Of a stretch of DNA of 64,000 nucleotides, positions 35,665-45,095 are shown in pieces. The stretch comes from an uncultured Bdellovibrionales bacterium (GTDB taxonomy: Bacteria; Patescibacteriota; Minisyncoccia; Moranbacterales; GWC2-37-73). Positions within the stretch are counted from its first letter, which is position 1. Each line of letters opens with the position of its first letter. Both the position numbers and the translations under genes were made by a program. The DNA lies in contig CAZSTB010000005.1 of the NCBI GenBank assembly GCA_964609855.1, forward strand, positions 1,467 through 65,466, read 5' to 3'. The notes under the pieces are model-generated. The model ran no database searches and was not told the DNA's origin. It saw only the letters and a program-made list of their open reading frames with translations.

Positions 35665-38112
35665 ATGAAATATAGTTACAATTGGCTTAAAGAACTTTCT
35701 GGCACAACTAAAAATCCCCAGGAATTAGCACAACTGCTCATGCTTCACGCATTCGAAGTTGAAGGCATCGAGCAGCAGAATAAATTGGAGGGAGTCGTGG
35801 TTGGTGAAATATTAGAAATTACCAAACATCCCAACGCGGATAAATTACAAATTACCAAAACTGATATTGGATCGGAAGTTTTGACTATAGTTTGCGGCGC
35901 AAAAAATATCGCAGTGGGGGATAAAGTTCCCGTTGCGGTTGTTGGCACCTCTCTTCCTGCCTCAGCGAAAGACGGGACTGGAGAATTCGTAATCAAGGAA
36001 GCTGAGATTCGCGGCGAAAAATCTTTCGGTATGCTTTGCGCAGAAGATGAGTTGGGACTAGGCGCAAGTCACGAAGGTATATTGCAACTTGATAAGCAAC
36101 TTGCGGTCGGTAGTACTATCGCTGATGTTTTGGAGTTGAGTGACGCCACGATAGAAATAGACATTCTTGCTAACAGGGCGCACGACGCACTTTCGCATGT
36201 GGGAATGGCGAGAGAGATTGCGGCATTGGAGGGAAGAGAAATAGATTATGATTATGACGGTTTGAAATTGCCAAGAAAAAATAGCAAGAAACTGACGGTT
36301 GCGATTCAGGATAAAAATATTTGTTCAAGATATATTGGAATCGTAATGGAGAATGTTAAAGTTTCGCAGTCGCCGCAATGGATTAAAAACAGACTGAAAA
36401 ATTCAGGCATACGCTCAATTAATAATATTGTGGATGCGACAAATCTAGTGATGTTGGAAATTGGACAACCGCTGCATGCTTTTGATTTTGATAAAGTGAA
36501 GTCATCAGTAATTAAAAATCAGTCAGTAGCCAATATTACTGTTCGCAGCGCTAATAAGGGAGAGGAAATTGTGATTTTGGATGGAAGCAAAAAGAAATTA
36601 TCCAAAGATGATATTGTTATCGCAAACGAAAAAGAGGCGATTGCTCTTGCTGGAGTGATGGGCGGTCTGGAAAGTGGCGTAACCGAAGAAACAACCTCAA
36701 TTATTTTGGAGGCGGCAAATTTTTCTCCTGCCATGATAAGAAGAACTAGAATGAGGCTAGGTTTGGCAAGTGATGCGGCAATGCGCTTTGAAAAAGAAAT
36801 CGATCCTAATATTGCCGAGAAGGCCGCTATGAGGGTGGTTGAAATTTTAGAGCACATCGCAGATGCAACTTTAGAGGGAATGGATGAAAAATATTTAGCA
36901 AAGAAAGAATCCTGGAAAGTGCAATTAGATTTGGCAAAAGCTGATAAATTATTAGGCGTAACTATCGATAAGAAAATCAGCAAAAAAATTCTTGCAACTT
37001 TAGGCGTAAAAGTTTCCGGATCAGGTAATATTATCAAAGCTACAATTCCCACCTTTAGATTGGATTTGCAATCAGCTGAAGATTTGATAGAGGAAATCGG
37101 CAGAGTTTACGGCTATGAAAAAATTACACCTATTGCACCATTGGTGTCGGTTGCTCCTGCTCAAATAAATGAAAAAAGGTTATTCGCGCGCAGCATGAAA
37201 GATATTCTGGCTTCTCTTGGTTTTTTTGAGATGTACAATTATTCTTTCTATTCTCAAAAAGACGTGGAATTAGCTAAGCTTTCGGGTAGCAAGCATTTAG
37301 AATTGGAAGCACCCATGAATCCTGAGCAGGCTTTGATGCGCGTGAGCTTGATTCCTGGCGTCTTGAAAAATGTCAGAGAGAATCTGAAGAACTTCAAGGA
37401 ATTTAATGTTTTCGAAATTGGAAAAATATATTTACCGAGCGAGGATATTTTGCCTCAAGAAAAAAACATGCTCGTGGGAGCAATTATTATTGAGAAAAAA
37501 AATGCCAAAGAGGAAAAAATGGATTTGCGCCACAGTTCAAATTTTTTCCATGGAAAATCCGTTATGGATCATGTGCTTGAGCGACTTGGAATTACAGACC
37601 AGTATTACGATGATTACAAACATGAATCAGAGAACTCACCAAGCACACTTTGGCACAAAGGTCGTAGCGCTCAAATAAAAACTGAGGGCAAGGGAGAAAC
37701 TATCGGGTATATCGGTGAAATCAGTCCACTCGTTCTTGAGGGATATGATATCAGTACTCGTGTAGTGGTTTTCGAATTGGAAATGGATAAACTGGCTGAA
37801 ATTTCTGAGAGTGAGCGAGAATTCACACCAATCAGAAAACATCCGACTTTGACCAGGGATATTTCTTTGATTGCCGGTGCGGATGTACGAATTGATGACA
37901 TTCTGATGATTGTTCAAAGAGCAGGAGGTGACCTTGTTTTAGATGTCGATCTTTTTGATGCTATTGATTTTTCAGATAACACTTCTAGTTTTGCATTCCA
38001 TCTTATTTTTGGAGCAGCAGAGCGTTCTTTAACCGGAAAAGAAGTGGATGAAATAATGCAAACCATCGCTGGAGAACTTGAGGAGAAGCTTGATTTAAAA
38101 ATGCGTAGATAG
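35665..38112 (+). CDS. pheT: Phenylalanine--tRNA ligase beta subunit.
   Basis: tRNA-binding N-terminus, B3/B4 and B5 domains, C-terminal FDX-ACB-like domain. Follows pheS. Confidence 0.9.
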   Translation: MKYSYNWLKELSGTTKNPQELAQLLMLHAFEVEGIEQQNKLEGVVVGEILEITKHPNADKLQITKTDIGSEVLTIVCGAKNIAVGDKVPVAVVGTSLPASAKDGTGEFVIKEAEIRGEKSFGMLCAEDELGLGASHEGILQLDKQLAVGSTIADVLELSDATIEIDILANRAHDALSHVGMAREIAALEGREIDYDYDGLKLPRKNSKKLTVAIQDKNICSRYIGIVMENVKVSQSPQWIKNRLKNSGIRSINNIVDATNLVMLEIGQPLHAFDFDKVKSSVIKNQSVANITVRSANKGEEIVILDGSKKKLSKDDIVIANEKEAIALAGVMGGLESGVTEETTSIILEAANFSPAMIRRTRMRLGLASDAAMRFEKEIDPNIAEKAAMRVVEILEHIADATLEGMDEKYLAKKESWKVQLDLAKADKLLGVTIDKKISKKILATLGVKVSGSGNIIKATIPTFRLDLQSAEDLIEEIGRVYGYEKITPIAPLVSVAPAQINEKRLFARSMKDILASLGFFEMYNYSFYSQKDVELAKLSGSKHLELEAPMNPEQALMRVSLIPGVLKNVRENLKNFKEFNVFEIGKIYLPSEDILPQEKNMLVGAIIIEKKNAKEEKMDLRHSSNFFHGKSVMDHVLERLGITDQYYDDYKHESENSPSTLWHKGRSAQIKTEGKGETIGYIGEISPLVLEGYDISTRVVVFELEMDKLAEISESEREFTPIRKHPTLTRDISLIAGADVRIDDILMIVQRAGGDLVLDVDLFDAIDFSDNTSSFAFHLIFGAAERSLTGKEVDEIMQTIAGELEEKLDLKMRR

Positions 38113-38248
38113 CGTAAAAAAAAGCAGAATATTCAAAAACAAAGGAGATTAAACCTCCTTTGTTTTTTGAGTTTTTTCGCTCTTGACAAATATTTTATAT
38201 GTGTTAATATAATTTGAAACCTAATATAATCATATTTTGTCTAAAAAA

Positions 38249-39307
38249 ATGGAAACAGCATCAAATAAGGAGCAACAAGTCACTGCAATTGAAGAGCTAT
38301 GCTTTTCTGATGCCCTGAAGCAACTTGTAAGTGACCTAACTTTACGGTCACAAGAGATCATCTTTACTCGTTATGGTGTTTTTAATTCTCACGCCATGAC
38401 CCTGGAAGAGATCGGTAAAAAATATAGCATCACGCGTGAACGCGTGAGGCAGGTTATTCGTGAAGTTTTGAAAAAAATCCGTGAAAAGAAACAAGATCCG
38501 ATTTTTCTGCAAACAGAAAAGCATATTGTCTTGGCCTTGGAAAAAAATAATGGTATAATGGAGGAAAGTCAGTTGCTTGCTTTTTTAGGGAAAAATGATA
38601 CTAGTCAAAAGGCGGCAGTGAGTTTTTTTCTGGAATGCATCGATTCGATTGAATCTAAGGAAATCAAGGGTGAACTCCTATTTTCTTATGCTAAACCTGA
38701 ATTTGATTTAGAAAACTGGCGCGCAATAAAAAATATTGCAATAGCATCTTTGAAAAACAAGAAAAAACCACTTTCCCTAGAGGAGTTATTTGATGCTATG
38801 AAAGCTGAAGTAAGATTTCCGAATTTTTCAAAAGAAATATTGGCTAGTTTCCTGGCTGTTTCTGAGGAGATTAGGCAAAATACTTTTGAAAAATATGGAA
38901 TCGCTAAATGGAAAGAGATTTCACCGAAAGGAACAAGAGAAAAGGCGTATCTCGTTTTAAAAGAAGCGGCAGAACCTTTGCATTTTAGGGATATCGCAAA
39001 AAAGATAGACAAGTATCATTTGAATAAGAAGAAAACACATCCGCAAACAGTTCATAATGAACTCATTAAAGATAAGAATTTCGTGTTGGTTGGAAGAGGG
39101 ATTTATGCGCTTGTTGAATGGGGTTACAAAAAAGGCACGGTTAAAGATGTTATTGAAGAGATTTTGAAAAAAGCACAAAAACCCCTAAGTAGGGAAGAAG
39201 TGTTAAATAAAGTATTGGAAATCAGACACGTGAAAAAATCCACAATCGTGATAAATTTGAACAACTATTTCTCTAAAAATAAAGGAGGGGTGTATTCAAT
39301 CAAATAA
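38249..39307 (+). CDS. DNA-binding protein with an N-terminal sigma-70 region-4-like HTH and C-terminal HARE-HTH (RNAP delta N-terminal-like) domain(s).
   Basis: MTLEEIGKKYSITRERVRQVIREVLKKIR matches sigma70 region 4. PLHFRDIAKKI...VGRGIYALVEW matches the HARE-HTH pattern. Confidence 0.5.
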   Translation: METASNKEQQVTAIEELCFSDALKQLVSDLTLRSQEIIFTRYGVFNSHAMTLEEIGKKYSITRERVRQVIREVLKKIREKKQDPIFLQTEKHIVLALEKNNGIMEESQLLAFLGKNDTSQKAAVSFFLECIDSIESKEIKGELLFSYAKPEFDLENWRAIKNIAIASLKNKKKPLSLEELFDAMKAEVRFPNFSKEILASFLAVSEEIRQNTFEKYGIAKWKEISPKGTREKAYLVLKEAAEPLHFRDIAKKIDKYHLNKKKTHPQTVHNELIKDKNFVLVGRGIYALVEWGYKKGTVKDVIEEILKKAQKPLSREEVLNKVLEIRHVKKSTIVINLNNYFSKNKGGVYSIK

Positions 39308-39348
39308 GCTGACTTTCGTAAATTCGAATCGGTTAAAATAAAACAAAC

Positions 39349-40626
39349 ATGGATATTCTTTCAAGTTCACTTCAGGAAATATTATCTTCATTAAAAGAGG
39401 TTGGTCAGGTAATGAGCTATACATGGTTCATTGTTTTGCCGCCTCTTTTTTATTTTCTGTTTATGGAGCTTTGGATAGCGCATATTAGTGGATCATATGC
39501 GGGAACTTTGGAATGGGTGCTTTTGGAAATTATCCCCCCAAAAAATATTGAAAAAAGTCCTAAACCTATGGAGGCCCTGTATAATGGTATGGCTGGAACG
39601 GAGGCGAGTTTGAATGTTTTAGACCAATTTGTTGCTGGAAAATTTCAAGATACTTACAGCTTGGAAATAGTAAGTGATGGTGGCGATGTGCATATGTACA
39701 TCAGAACGCAAAAGAAATATCGACATTTAGTTGAAGCGCATCTTTATTCTCAATATCCGGATATTGAAATTTTGGAAGTGCCTGATTATGTTGATGATAT
39801 TCCAAAAGTTGTGCCGAATGCCGAATGGGATCTTTGGGGAGCTGATTTGCAATCAGTAAAAAAAGAACCAGGTTATCCGATTAGAACATACAAAGCTTTT
39901 GAAGAAGATATCACTGGCAAAATGATCGACCCCTTGGCTGGGTTGGCAGAATCGATGGGGAAACTTCCACCGGGGCAAAAACTCTGGATGCAGATCATCA
40001 TTTCCGCACATCCACCGGTATGGAACAGTACGGTTGGCAAAAAACTTACGGATAAGTTGAAATTCAGAGAAGTAAAAAAAGATGATCCCTGGGAAAAATT
40101 CATTCAGGATCTTAAGGATGTTTTTGGAAACCTTTGGGCGGCAACGCAAGGACCCGTCGAATTTGAAAAAGCAAAAAAGAAAGAAGAGTCCCCATTGGAT
40201 ACCAGGCTTTCACCTGGAGAACGCGACGTGCTTAAGGCTGTCGAAGATAATCTGGGGAAAATTCAATTCTTAACGAAAATTAGATTCCTACTCGTCGGAA
40301 GAAAGGAAAATTTTGACAAATCTTTTGTATCTTCTTTCATGGGAGGTATAAAACAATTCGGGGATGACAATCTAAATTCGCTTAAGCCGGAAGATTCGTC
40401 AAAGACGTACGCGAATTTCATCATGAAAAAATCTCGCTTGAGATATCGTCAGAGAAAGATTCTTAGACGTTATCGCGGCCGAAGTAGAGATGGTGTGACC
40501 TTAACAATGAGTAGTGAGGAATTGGCAACGATTTTCCATTTGCCTGATATGAATGTTATGGCACCTTCGCTTTCTCGTGTGGAAGCAAAACGTGGCGGTG
40601 CGCCATCTAACCTGCCTATAGAATAA
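39349..40626 (+). CDS. Hypothetical membrane-anchored protein (425 aa). Partner of the downstream ATPase.
   Basis: N-terminal TM helix (WFIVLPPLFYFLFMELW), large soluble domain, basic C-terminus. Confidence 0.45.
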   Translation: MDILSSSLQEILSSLKEVGQVMSYTWFIVLPPLFYFLFMELWIAHISGSYAGTLEWVLLEIIPPKNIEKSPKPMEALYNGMAGTEASLNVLDQFVAGKFQDTYSLEIVSDGGDVHMYIRTQKKYRHLVEAHLYSQYPDIEILEVPDYVDDIPKVVPNAEWDLWGADLQSVKKEPGYPIRTYKAFEEDITGKMIDPLAGLAESMGKLPPGQKLWMQIIISAHPPVWNSTVGKKLTDKLKFREVKKDDPWEKFIQDLKDVFGNLWAATQGPVEFEKAKKKEESPLDTRLSPGERDVLKAVEDNLGKIQFLTKIRFLLVGRKENFDKSFVSSFMGGIKQFGDDNLNSLKPEDSSKTYANFIMKKSRLRYRQRKILRRYRGRSRDGVTLTMSSEELATIFHLPDMNVMAPSLSRVEAKRGGAPSNLPIE

Positions 40627-40630
40627 AATG

Positions 40631-40706
40631 CAGGAATTAGCTAGTAGGATTTAGCTTGTAGCAAACAGCTTTCCTGATTCCTAACTCCTAATTCCTAACT
40701 CCTGAT
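40631..40706. repeat. Inverted pair of heptamer arrays with no cargo: caggaat|tagctag|taggatt|tagcttg|tagc ... loop ... cctgattcctaactcctaattcctaactcctgatt. Predicted long imperfect hairpin.
   Basis: 7-bp periodicity (TAGNNNN / NNNNCTA). The right array is the reverse complement of AGGAGTTAGGAATTAGGAGTTAGGAATCAGG, matching the arrays at 55307 and 57070. Confidence 0.55.
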
Positions 40707-40734
40707 TTTTAATATTTAATACTACAACGTTAGT

Positions 40735-42885
40735 ATGGCTAATAACGAAATCGCATTCTTTGCAAAAACAAATTTTAGAAATGAAGAAAGAGTTTTCGGA
40801 ATAAAAACTGACGACCGCACCCGGCACATGTACATCATTGGAAAGACCGGTATGGGTAAGACGAACTTGCTGGAAAATCTGGTAGTGCAAGATATTCGCA
40901 ATGGTCATGGAATTTGCTATATCGACCCGCACGGCGACACGGCTGAAAAACTTCTAAAAGCAGTACCGGCGAATCGTATCAATGATGTTATTTATTTGAA
41001 TCCGTCCGACCAAAATTTCCCTTTGGCATTTAATGTTATGGAATCTGTAGATCCTGATTATCGCCATTTGGTGGCGTCGGGCTTGATTGGCGTTTTCAAA
41101 AAAATCTGGGCCGATTCTTGGGGACCTCGCTTGGAATATATTTTACGTAATGCTATCTTAGCGCTTTTGGAATATCCTGGCAGTACTTTGCTTGGAGTTA
41201 CACGTATTTTGGTAGACAAGAAATATCGCGAGAAAGTCGTTGAAAAAGTTACCGATCCTGTAATCAGGCAATTTTGGGTTGATGAATTTCCAAAATGGAG
41301 CGACAAAGTTTTGCAGGAAGTGGTATCTCCGATTCAGAATAAGGTTGGACAATTCTTGTCCAGTTCTTTGATTAGAAACATTGTCGGTCAGACGCAATCT
41401 TCCTTTGATATTAGAAACGCGATGGATACTAGAAAGATTTTAATTCTAAATCTTTCAAAAGGAAGAATCGGTGAAGATAACAGTGCCTTGTTGGGCGCGA
41501 TGATGATCACTAAGATTCAGCTGGCCGCCATGGGACGTGTTGATATTCCTGAAGAAGATCGAAAGGATTTTTATCTGTATGTCGATGAGTTTCAAAACTT
41601 CGCGACGGAATCTTTTGCAAACATTTTGTCTGAAGCTCGAAAGTATCGTTTGAATCTTATTTTAGCGAATCAGTATATCACTCAGATCGACGAAAAAGTT
41701 CGCGACGCGATTTTTGGTAATGCCGGAACGATTATTTCATTTCGTGTGGGCGCTACGGATGCGGAATTTTTGGAAAAAGAATTCGCACCAGTTTTTGTGC
41801 AGAACGATATTGTGAACCTTCCGAAATATAATGTATATCTGAAACTCATGATTGATGGTATTGCGGGCGACGCTTTTTCGGCAAAAGTTTTGCCTCCGGT
41901 GTACATTGGCGACACCATTGATAATGAGGAAAAAATTATTGCGGCTTCACGTGAGCGTTATGCTTCAAGCAAGGAAGAAGTTGAAGACAAGATTTCTCGT
42001 TGGGCAGGTATTATGCCGGCACAAGGATTTCAGACTGTGAACAAGGGTCCGATGGCAGGAGCTACTACCTATCCGAATCCTGCAGCCCGAACGGCGCAAA
42101 ATTATACCCAAAGTCAGCAATTTCAGCCTGCACAAAGCGGTTCGCAAAATTCTGCAAATCAAGTGCAGAACAACTCTCCGCAACCTCAAGCTCCCAAATT
42201 CGAGCCTCAGCGACCCCAAGTGGCTCCACCTGAGCTGCCAAAGGAGACGCGGCTGCAATTTACAGCTCCTTTGCCACCTGTAGCCCCTCAGCAGCCCCAT
42301 AGCTCGATTGAACCTCAGAAAGTTATACAAGCGCAGCCCCAATTCCAGTCAGCTCCCGAATTCGACGATTTAGGAGAATATAATCAACCGGAACCTCCTA
42401 AGCCTGTCTTTGAAGCGGTTTGCGATATGTGCGGCGAAAACATTCAAGTTCCATTTCAGCCGGATGGAAAACGCCCAACTTTTTGCAAGGATTGTCTCAA
42501 GGATTATCAGCGAATGACGGCAAAGGAGAAATTAAACCAGGAAAGAAAGATGCAGCGCGAGCAGGAGGACTCTCGTCAGCAAGCTGTTCCTTTTCAGCCG
42601 CCAAGAATGTCACAGCCAACTCCGAGTTATCCGCCAACGCATGGGATGCAACAACCACAGTATGCCGCACCTTCAAGATCACAGCGAGAGCAACCTAGAA
42701 CATCTACCCCAACCGAAAGACGTGTTGAACCGAAATCTTACGCTCCGCAAGAAGCTCCAATGTCACTTTCTCAAATGTCTCACATTGCACCTAAGAAATT
42801 TAAGTCGCAACGTCAGCGTCCGAATGTGAATTTGGATGAAGTGAGAAATTTGATCAATCAAACGCGCAGTGGCGAAGAAAAATAA
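40735..42885 (+). CDS. TraD/TraG/VirD4-family (type IV coupling protein-like) P-loop ATPase. Soluble form with a Q/P-rich low-complexity linker and a C-terminal CxxC...CxxC zinc ribbon.
   Basis: Walker A YIIGKTGMGKT, Walker B LYVDEFQNF. The C-terminus CDMCGENIQVPFQPDGKRPTFCKDC is a zinc ribbon. Confidence 0.5.
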   Translation: MANNEIAFFAKTNFRNEERVFGIKTDDRTRHMYIIGKTGMGKTNLLENLVVQDIRNGHGICYIDPHGDTAEKLLKAVPANRINDVIYLNPSDQNFPLAFNVMESVDPDYRHLVASGLIGVFKKIWADSWGPRLEYILRNAILALLEYPGSTLLGVTRILVDKKYREKVVEKVTDPVIRQFWVDEFPKWSDKVLQEVVSPIQNKVGQFLSSSLIRNIVGQTQSSFDIRNAMDTRKILILNLSKGRIGEDNSALLGAMMITKIQLAAMGRVDIPEEDRKDFYLYVDEFQNFATESFANILSEARKYRLNLILANQYITQIDEKVRDAIFGNAGTIISFRVGATDAEFLEKEFAPVFVQNDIVNLPKYNVYLKLMIDGIAGDAFSAKVLPPVYIGDTIDNEEKIIAASRERYASSKEEVEDKISRWAGIMPAQGFQTVNKGPMAGATTYPNPAARTAQNYTQSQQFQPAQSGSQNSANQVQNNSPQPQAPKFEPQRPQVAPPELPKETRLQFTAPLPPVAPQQPHSSIEPQKVIQAQPQFQSAPEFDDLGEYNQPEPPKPVFEAVCDMCGENIQVPFQPDGKRPTFCKDCLKDYQRMTAKEKLNQERKMQREQEDSRQQAVPFQPPRMSQPTPSYPPTHGMQQPQYAAPSRSQREQPRTSTPTERRVEPKSYAPQEAPMSLSQMSHIAPKKFKSQRQRPNVNLDEVRNLINQTRSGEEK

Positions 42886-42915
42886 TCTATCAGATAAACT
42901 CCTAGTAATGGGAGT

Positions 42916-43052
42916 TTATTATCAAGCGAAGCGAGCGAAATGAAAAATTAATATTTTCCATTTCCGAGCAAGTGTAGATATCAAAAGGTATAATACCTCG
43001 CAGCTCTGCCCCAAAGGGTCCAGGGCTCTGCCCTGGGGTATGATACCTTTTA
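42916..43052 (-). repeat. Composite intergenic repeat R3 (- orientation), closest relative of R1.
   Basis: Reverse complement: aaaggtatcataccccagggcagagccctggaccc...ggtattataccttttgatatc...tttcatttcgctcgcttcgcttgataataaa. Confidence 0.85.
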
Positions 43053-43076
43053 TTTTTTTGAATAAATTTATGCTTA

Positions 43077-44312
43077 ATGATATTATTAGGGAAAGGGATA
43101 ATTACTAGCTGGTTAACTAATATGAAAGGCGAACACCTAATTCGGATAAGTAATAATGGGGAAGAGGAAATTCAGGGAAAAAAGTATGAATCTGAAGCCG
43201 CTTTGGAAATCATGAAATTACCGGAGATTATCGTAGGGTATGAAAGAAGTGAGATTTTATTATCGATACTTTTTAAGGGATATGACAATGATTGGGGTGG
43301 TCATAAACATGAACTCGTTTCTGAAGTTGATGATTTCTTCGTTGAAAATCCGTTAGATAAAACAGGTATCGATTTTTTGCGTCAAATTGGAGCGCTGAAT
43401 GATGACGGCGTTGACGAAGAAGCCTTATATGAAATGGCTCTGACAATGGATCATCCGGAGCGTATCATTATGGTTAATGAGTTTATCTTAAAAAATAAAG
43501 ACTACATACAGAATCCGGAAAATGTAAGAGAAAAACTGATTGAAGAGCTACACAAATTAGATGCATCGCTTCCCTCATCCCTGAAAAGTCATTTTCGACA
43601 AGCAATATCCGAAGATATGCAGAAGCGGAACGATAAGATCAAGGAAACAGAAAGACAAATTTCTGAACTCATTGATTTTTTCAAACCTGATCCAGCGACG
43701 ACTAAAATTCAATTAATAAAAATTCTTCCTACAGATTTCCTATATCCGGAGCAATCCGGAACGGCTTTTGAATTTGGCAATATGACTATTTTGCGAACCC
43801 ATATCGATAACAATGAAAACCTGGAACATGAATTTTTGCATTGCATCATCAATCCTGTCGTTGAAAAATTAGCAGAAAAATTGAGTGATAAGCAAAAGAA
43901 CAAAATTAGTGAGATGGGGAGTTACAGACTCAAAATTGAGGAGGGATATGGCAATGGATATTTTAGTTTACTCTGCGAAGAATTCATACGGACTTATAAT
44001 GAAGTAATTCAGAAAAATCAGAAACCGCTTTCATATTTGAATTTTATGGAGAAAATAAATGAAATCAGTGATGAAAAATTTCAAGTTGCATTAAAATCAG
44101 ACGAAGCTTTAAAGAGGCGATGCGACCAATTGGATGTTTGTACATTAGATGATTTGAAAAATAACAGCAAGAAATATTATGATAGATTTGGTGACGGTGA
44201 ATTAAGGAGCGTCGTTTACGAATTTTATCAGGCTTATATCAAAGAAAAATCACAAAATGAGCGGATTTCTTTTGAGCGTTTTGCGCTGGATGAATTAGAA
44301 AATTTTATATAA
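43077..44312 (+). CDS. Hypothetical protein (411 aa) with an HExxH motif (HEFLH); putative zinc-metallopeptidase-like.
   Basis: Long ORF. HExxH at about residue 250. No other signature. Confidence 0.4.
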   Translation: MILLGKGIITSWLTNMKGEHLIRISNNGEEEIQGKKYESEAALEIMKLPEIIVGYERSEILLSILFKGYDNDWGGHKHELVSEVDDFFVENPLDKTGIDFLRQIGALNDDGVDEEALYEMALTMDHPERIIMVNEFILKNKDYIQNPENVREKLIEELHKLDASLPSSLKSHFRQAISEDMQKRNDKIKETERQISELIDFFKPDPATTKIQLIKILPTDFLYPEQSGTAFEFGNMTILRTHIDNNENLEHEFLHCIINPVVEKLAEKLSDKQKNKISEMGSYRLKIEEGYGNGYFSLLCEEFIRTYNEVIQKNQKPLSYLNFMEKINEISDEKFQVALKSDEALKRRCDQLDVCTLDDLKNNSKKYYDRFGDGELRSVVYEFYQAYIKEKSQNERISFERFALDELENFI

Positions 44313-44340
44313 GGTTTTATTTTTATAACATAAAATTATT

Positions 44341-44997
44341 ATGAGACTATTACTTACATCTGCTGGGCTAACAAATAAGTCAATAATTAATGCGCTCTTG
44401 GAGCTGACGCAAAAACCTTTTTCTGAGCTTAATCTTGTTTTCATTCCAACTGCTGCCAACATTGAAGAGGGGGATAAGGGATGGCTGATTGATGACTTGG
44501 TCAATTGCAAAAACCAAGGATTCAAATCGGTTGATATCGTTGATATTTCAGCATTGCCCAAAAATGATTGGCTTCCAAGACTTGAGGAAGCAGACGTGAT
44601 TTATGTTGAAGGGGGCAACAATTTTTATTTGATGAGATGCTTTGAGAAATCCGGACTGAAAGAAATTTTGGTAGAGCTTTTGAGGACAAGAGTTTATGTC
44701 GGAGTAAGTGCTGGCAGCGTTGTCATGTGTCCAAGCGGAGATCTTTCCATGTCTGAGAGATTGTGGTCAGAAGAAGTCGGAGAACATGATAGTGATGAAG
44801 CTTTGGGGTATGTTGATTTTTTGCTCAGGCCTCATCTCAATTCTCCATATTTTCCAAAGCTTAATTTGGAAAACCTTGAGGAAATTGCAAAAGAATTTCC
44901 TGATACTTTTTATGCGATTGATGATCAAACAGCAATCAAAATCGTGGATGGGAAAGTCGATATCGTTTCCGAAGGTGTTTGGAAGAAATTCAATTAG
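44341..44997 (+). CDS. Peptidase S51 (dipeptidase E / cyanophycinase-like) family protein.
   Basis: LLTSAG...ADVIYVEGGN...VYVGVSAGSV pattern of the class-I glutamine-amidotransferase-like S51 fold. Confidence 0.6.
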   Translation: MRLLLTSAGLTNKSIINALLELTQKPFSELNLVFIPTAANIEEGDKGWLIDDLVNCKNQGFKSVDIVDISALPKNDWLPRLEEADVIYVEGGNNFYLMRCFEKSGLKEILVELLRTRVYVGVSAGSVVMCPSGDLSMSERLWSEEVGEHDSDEALGYVDFLLRPHLNSPYFPKLNLENLEEIAKEFPDTFYAIDDQTAIKIVDGKVDIVSEGVWKKFN

Positions 44998-45095
44998 CAA
45001 TATGATGCAAGATTAACGCGGTCTTCGGAAAGTGTCATCGTTGTTTAGGATATAGCGTTTACAGAAAAGGTAAATACTGTTAGAATGGGGTACAT

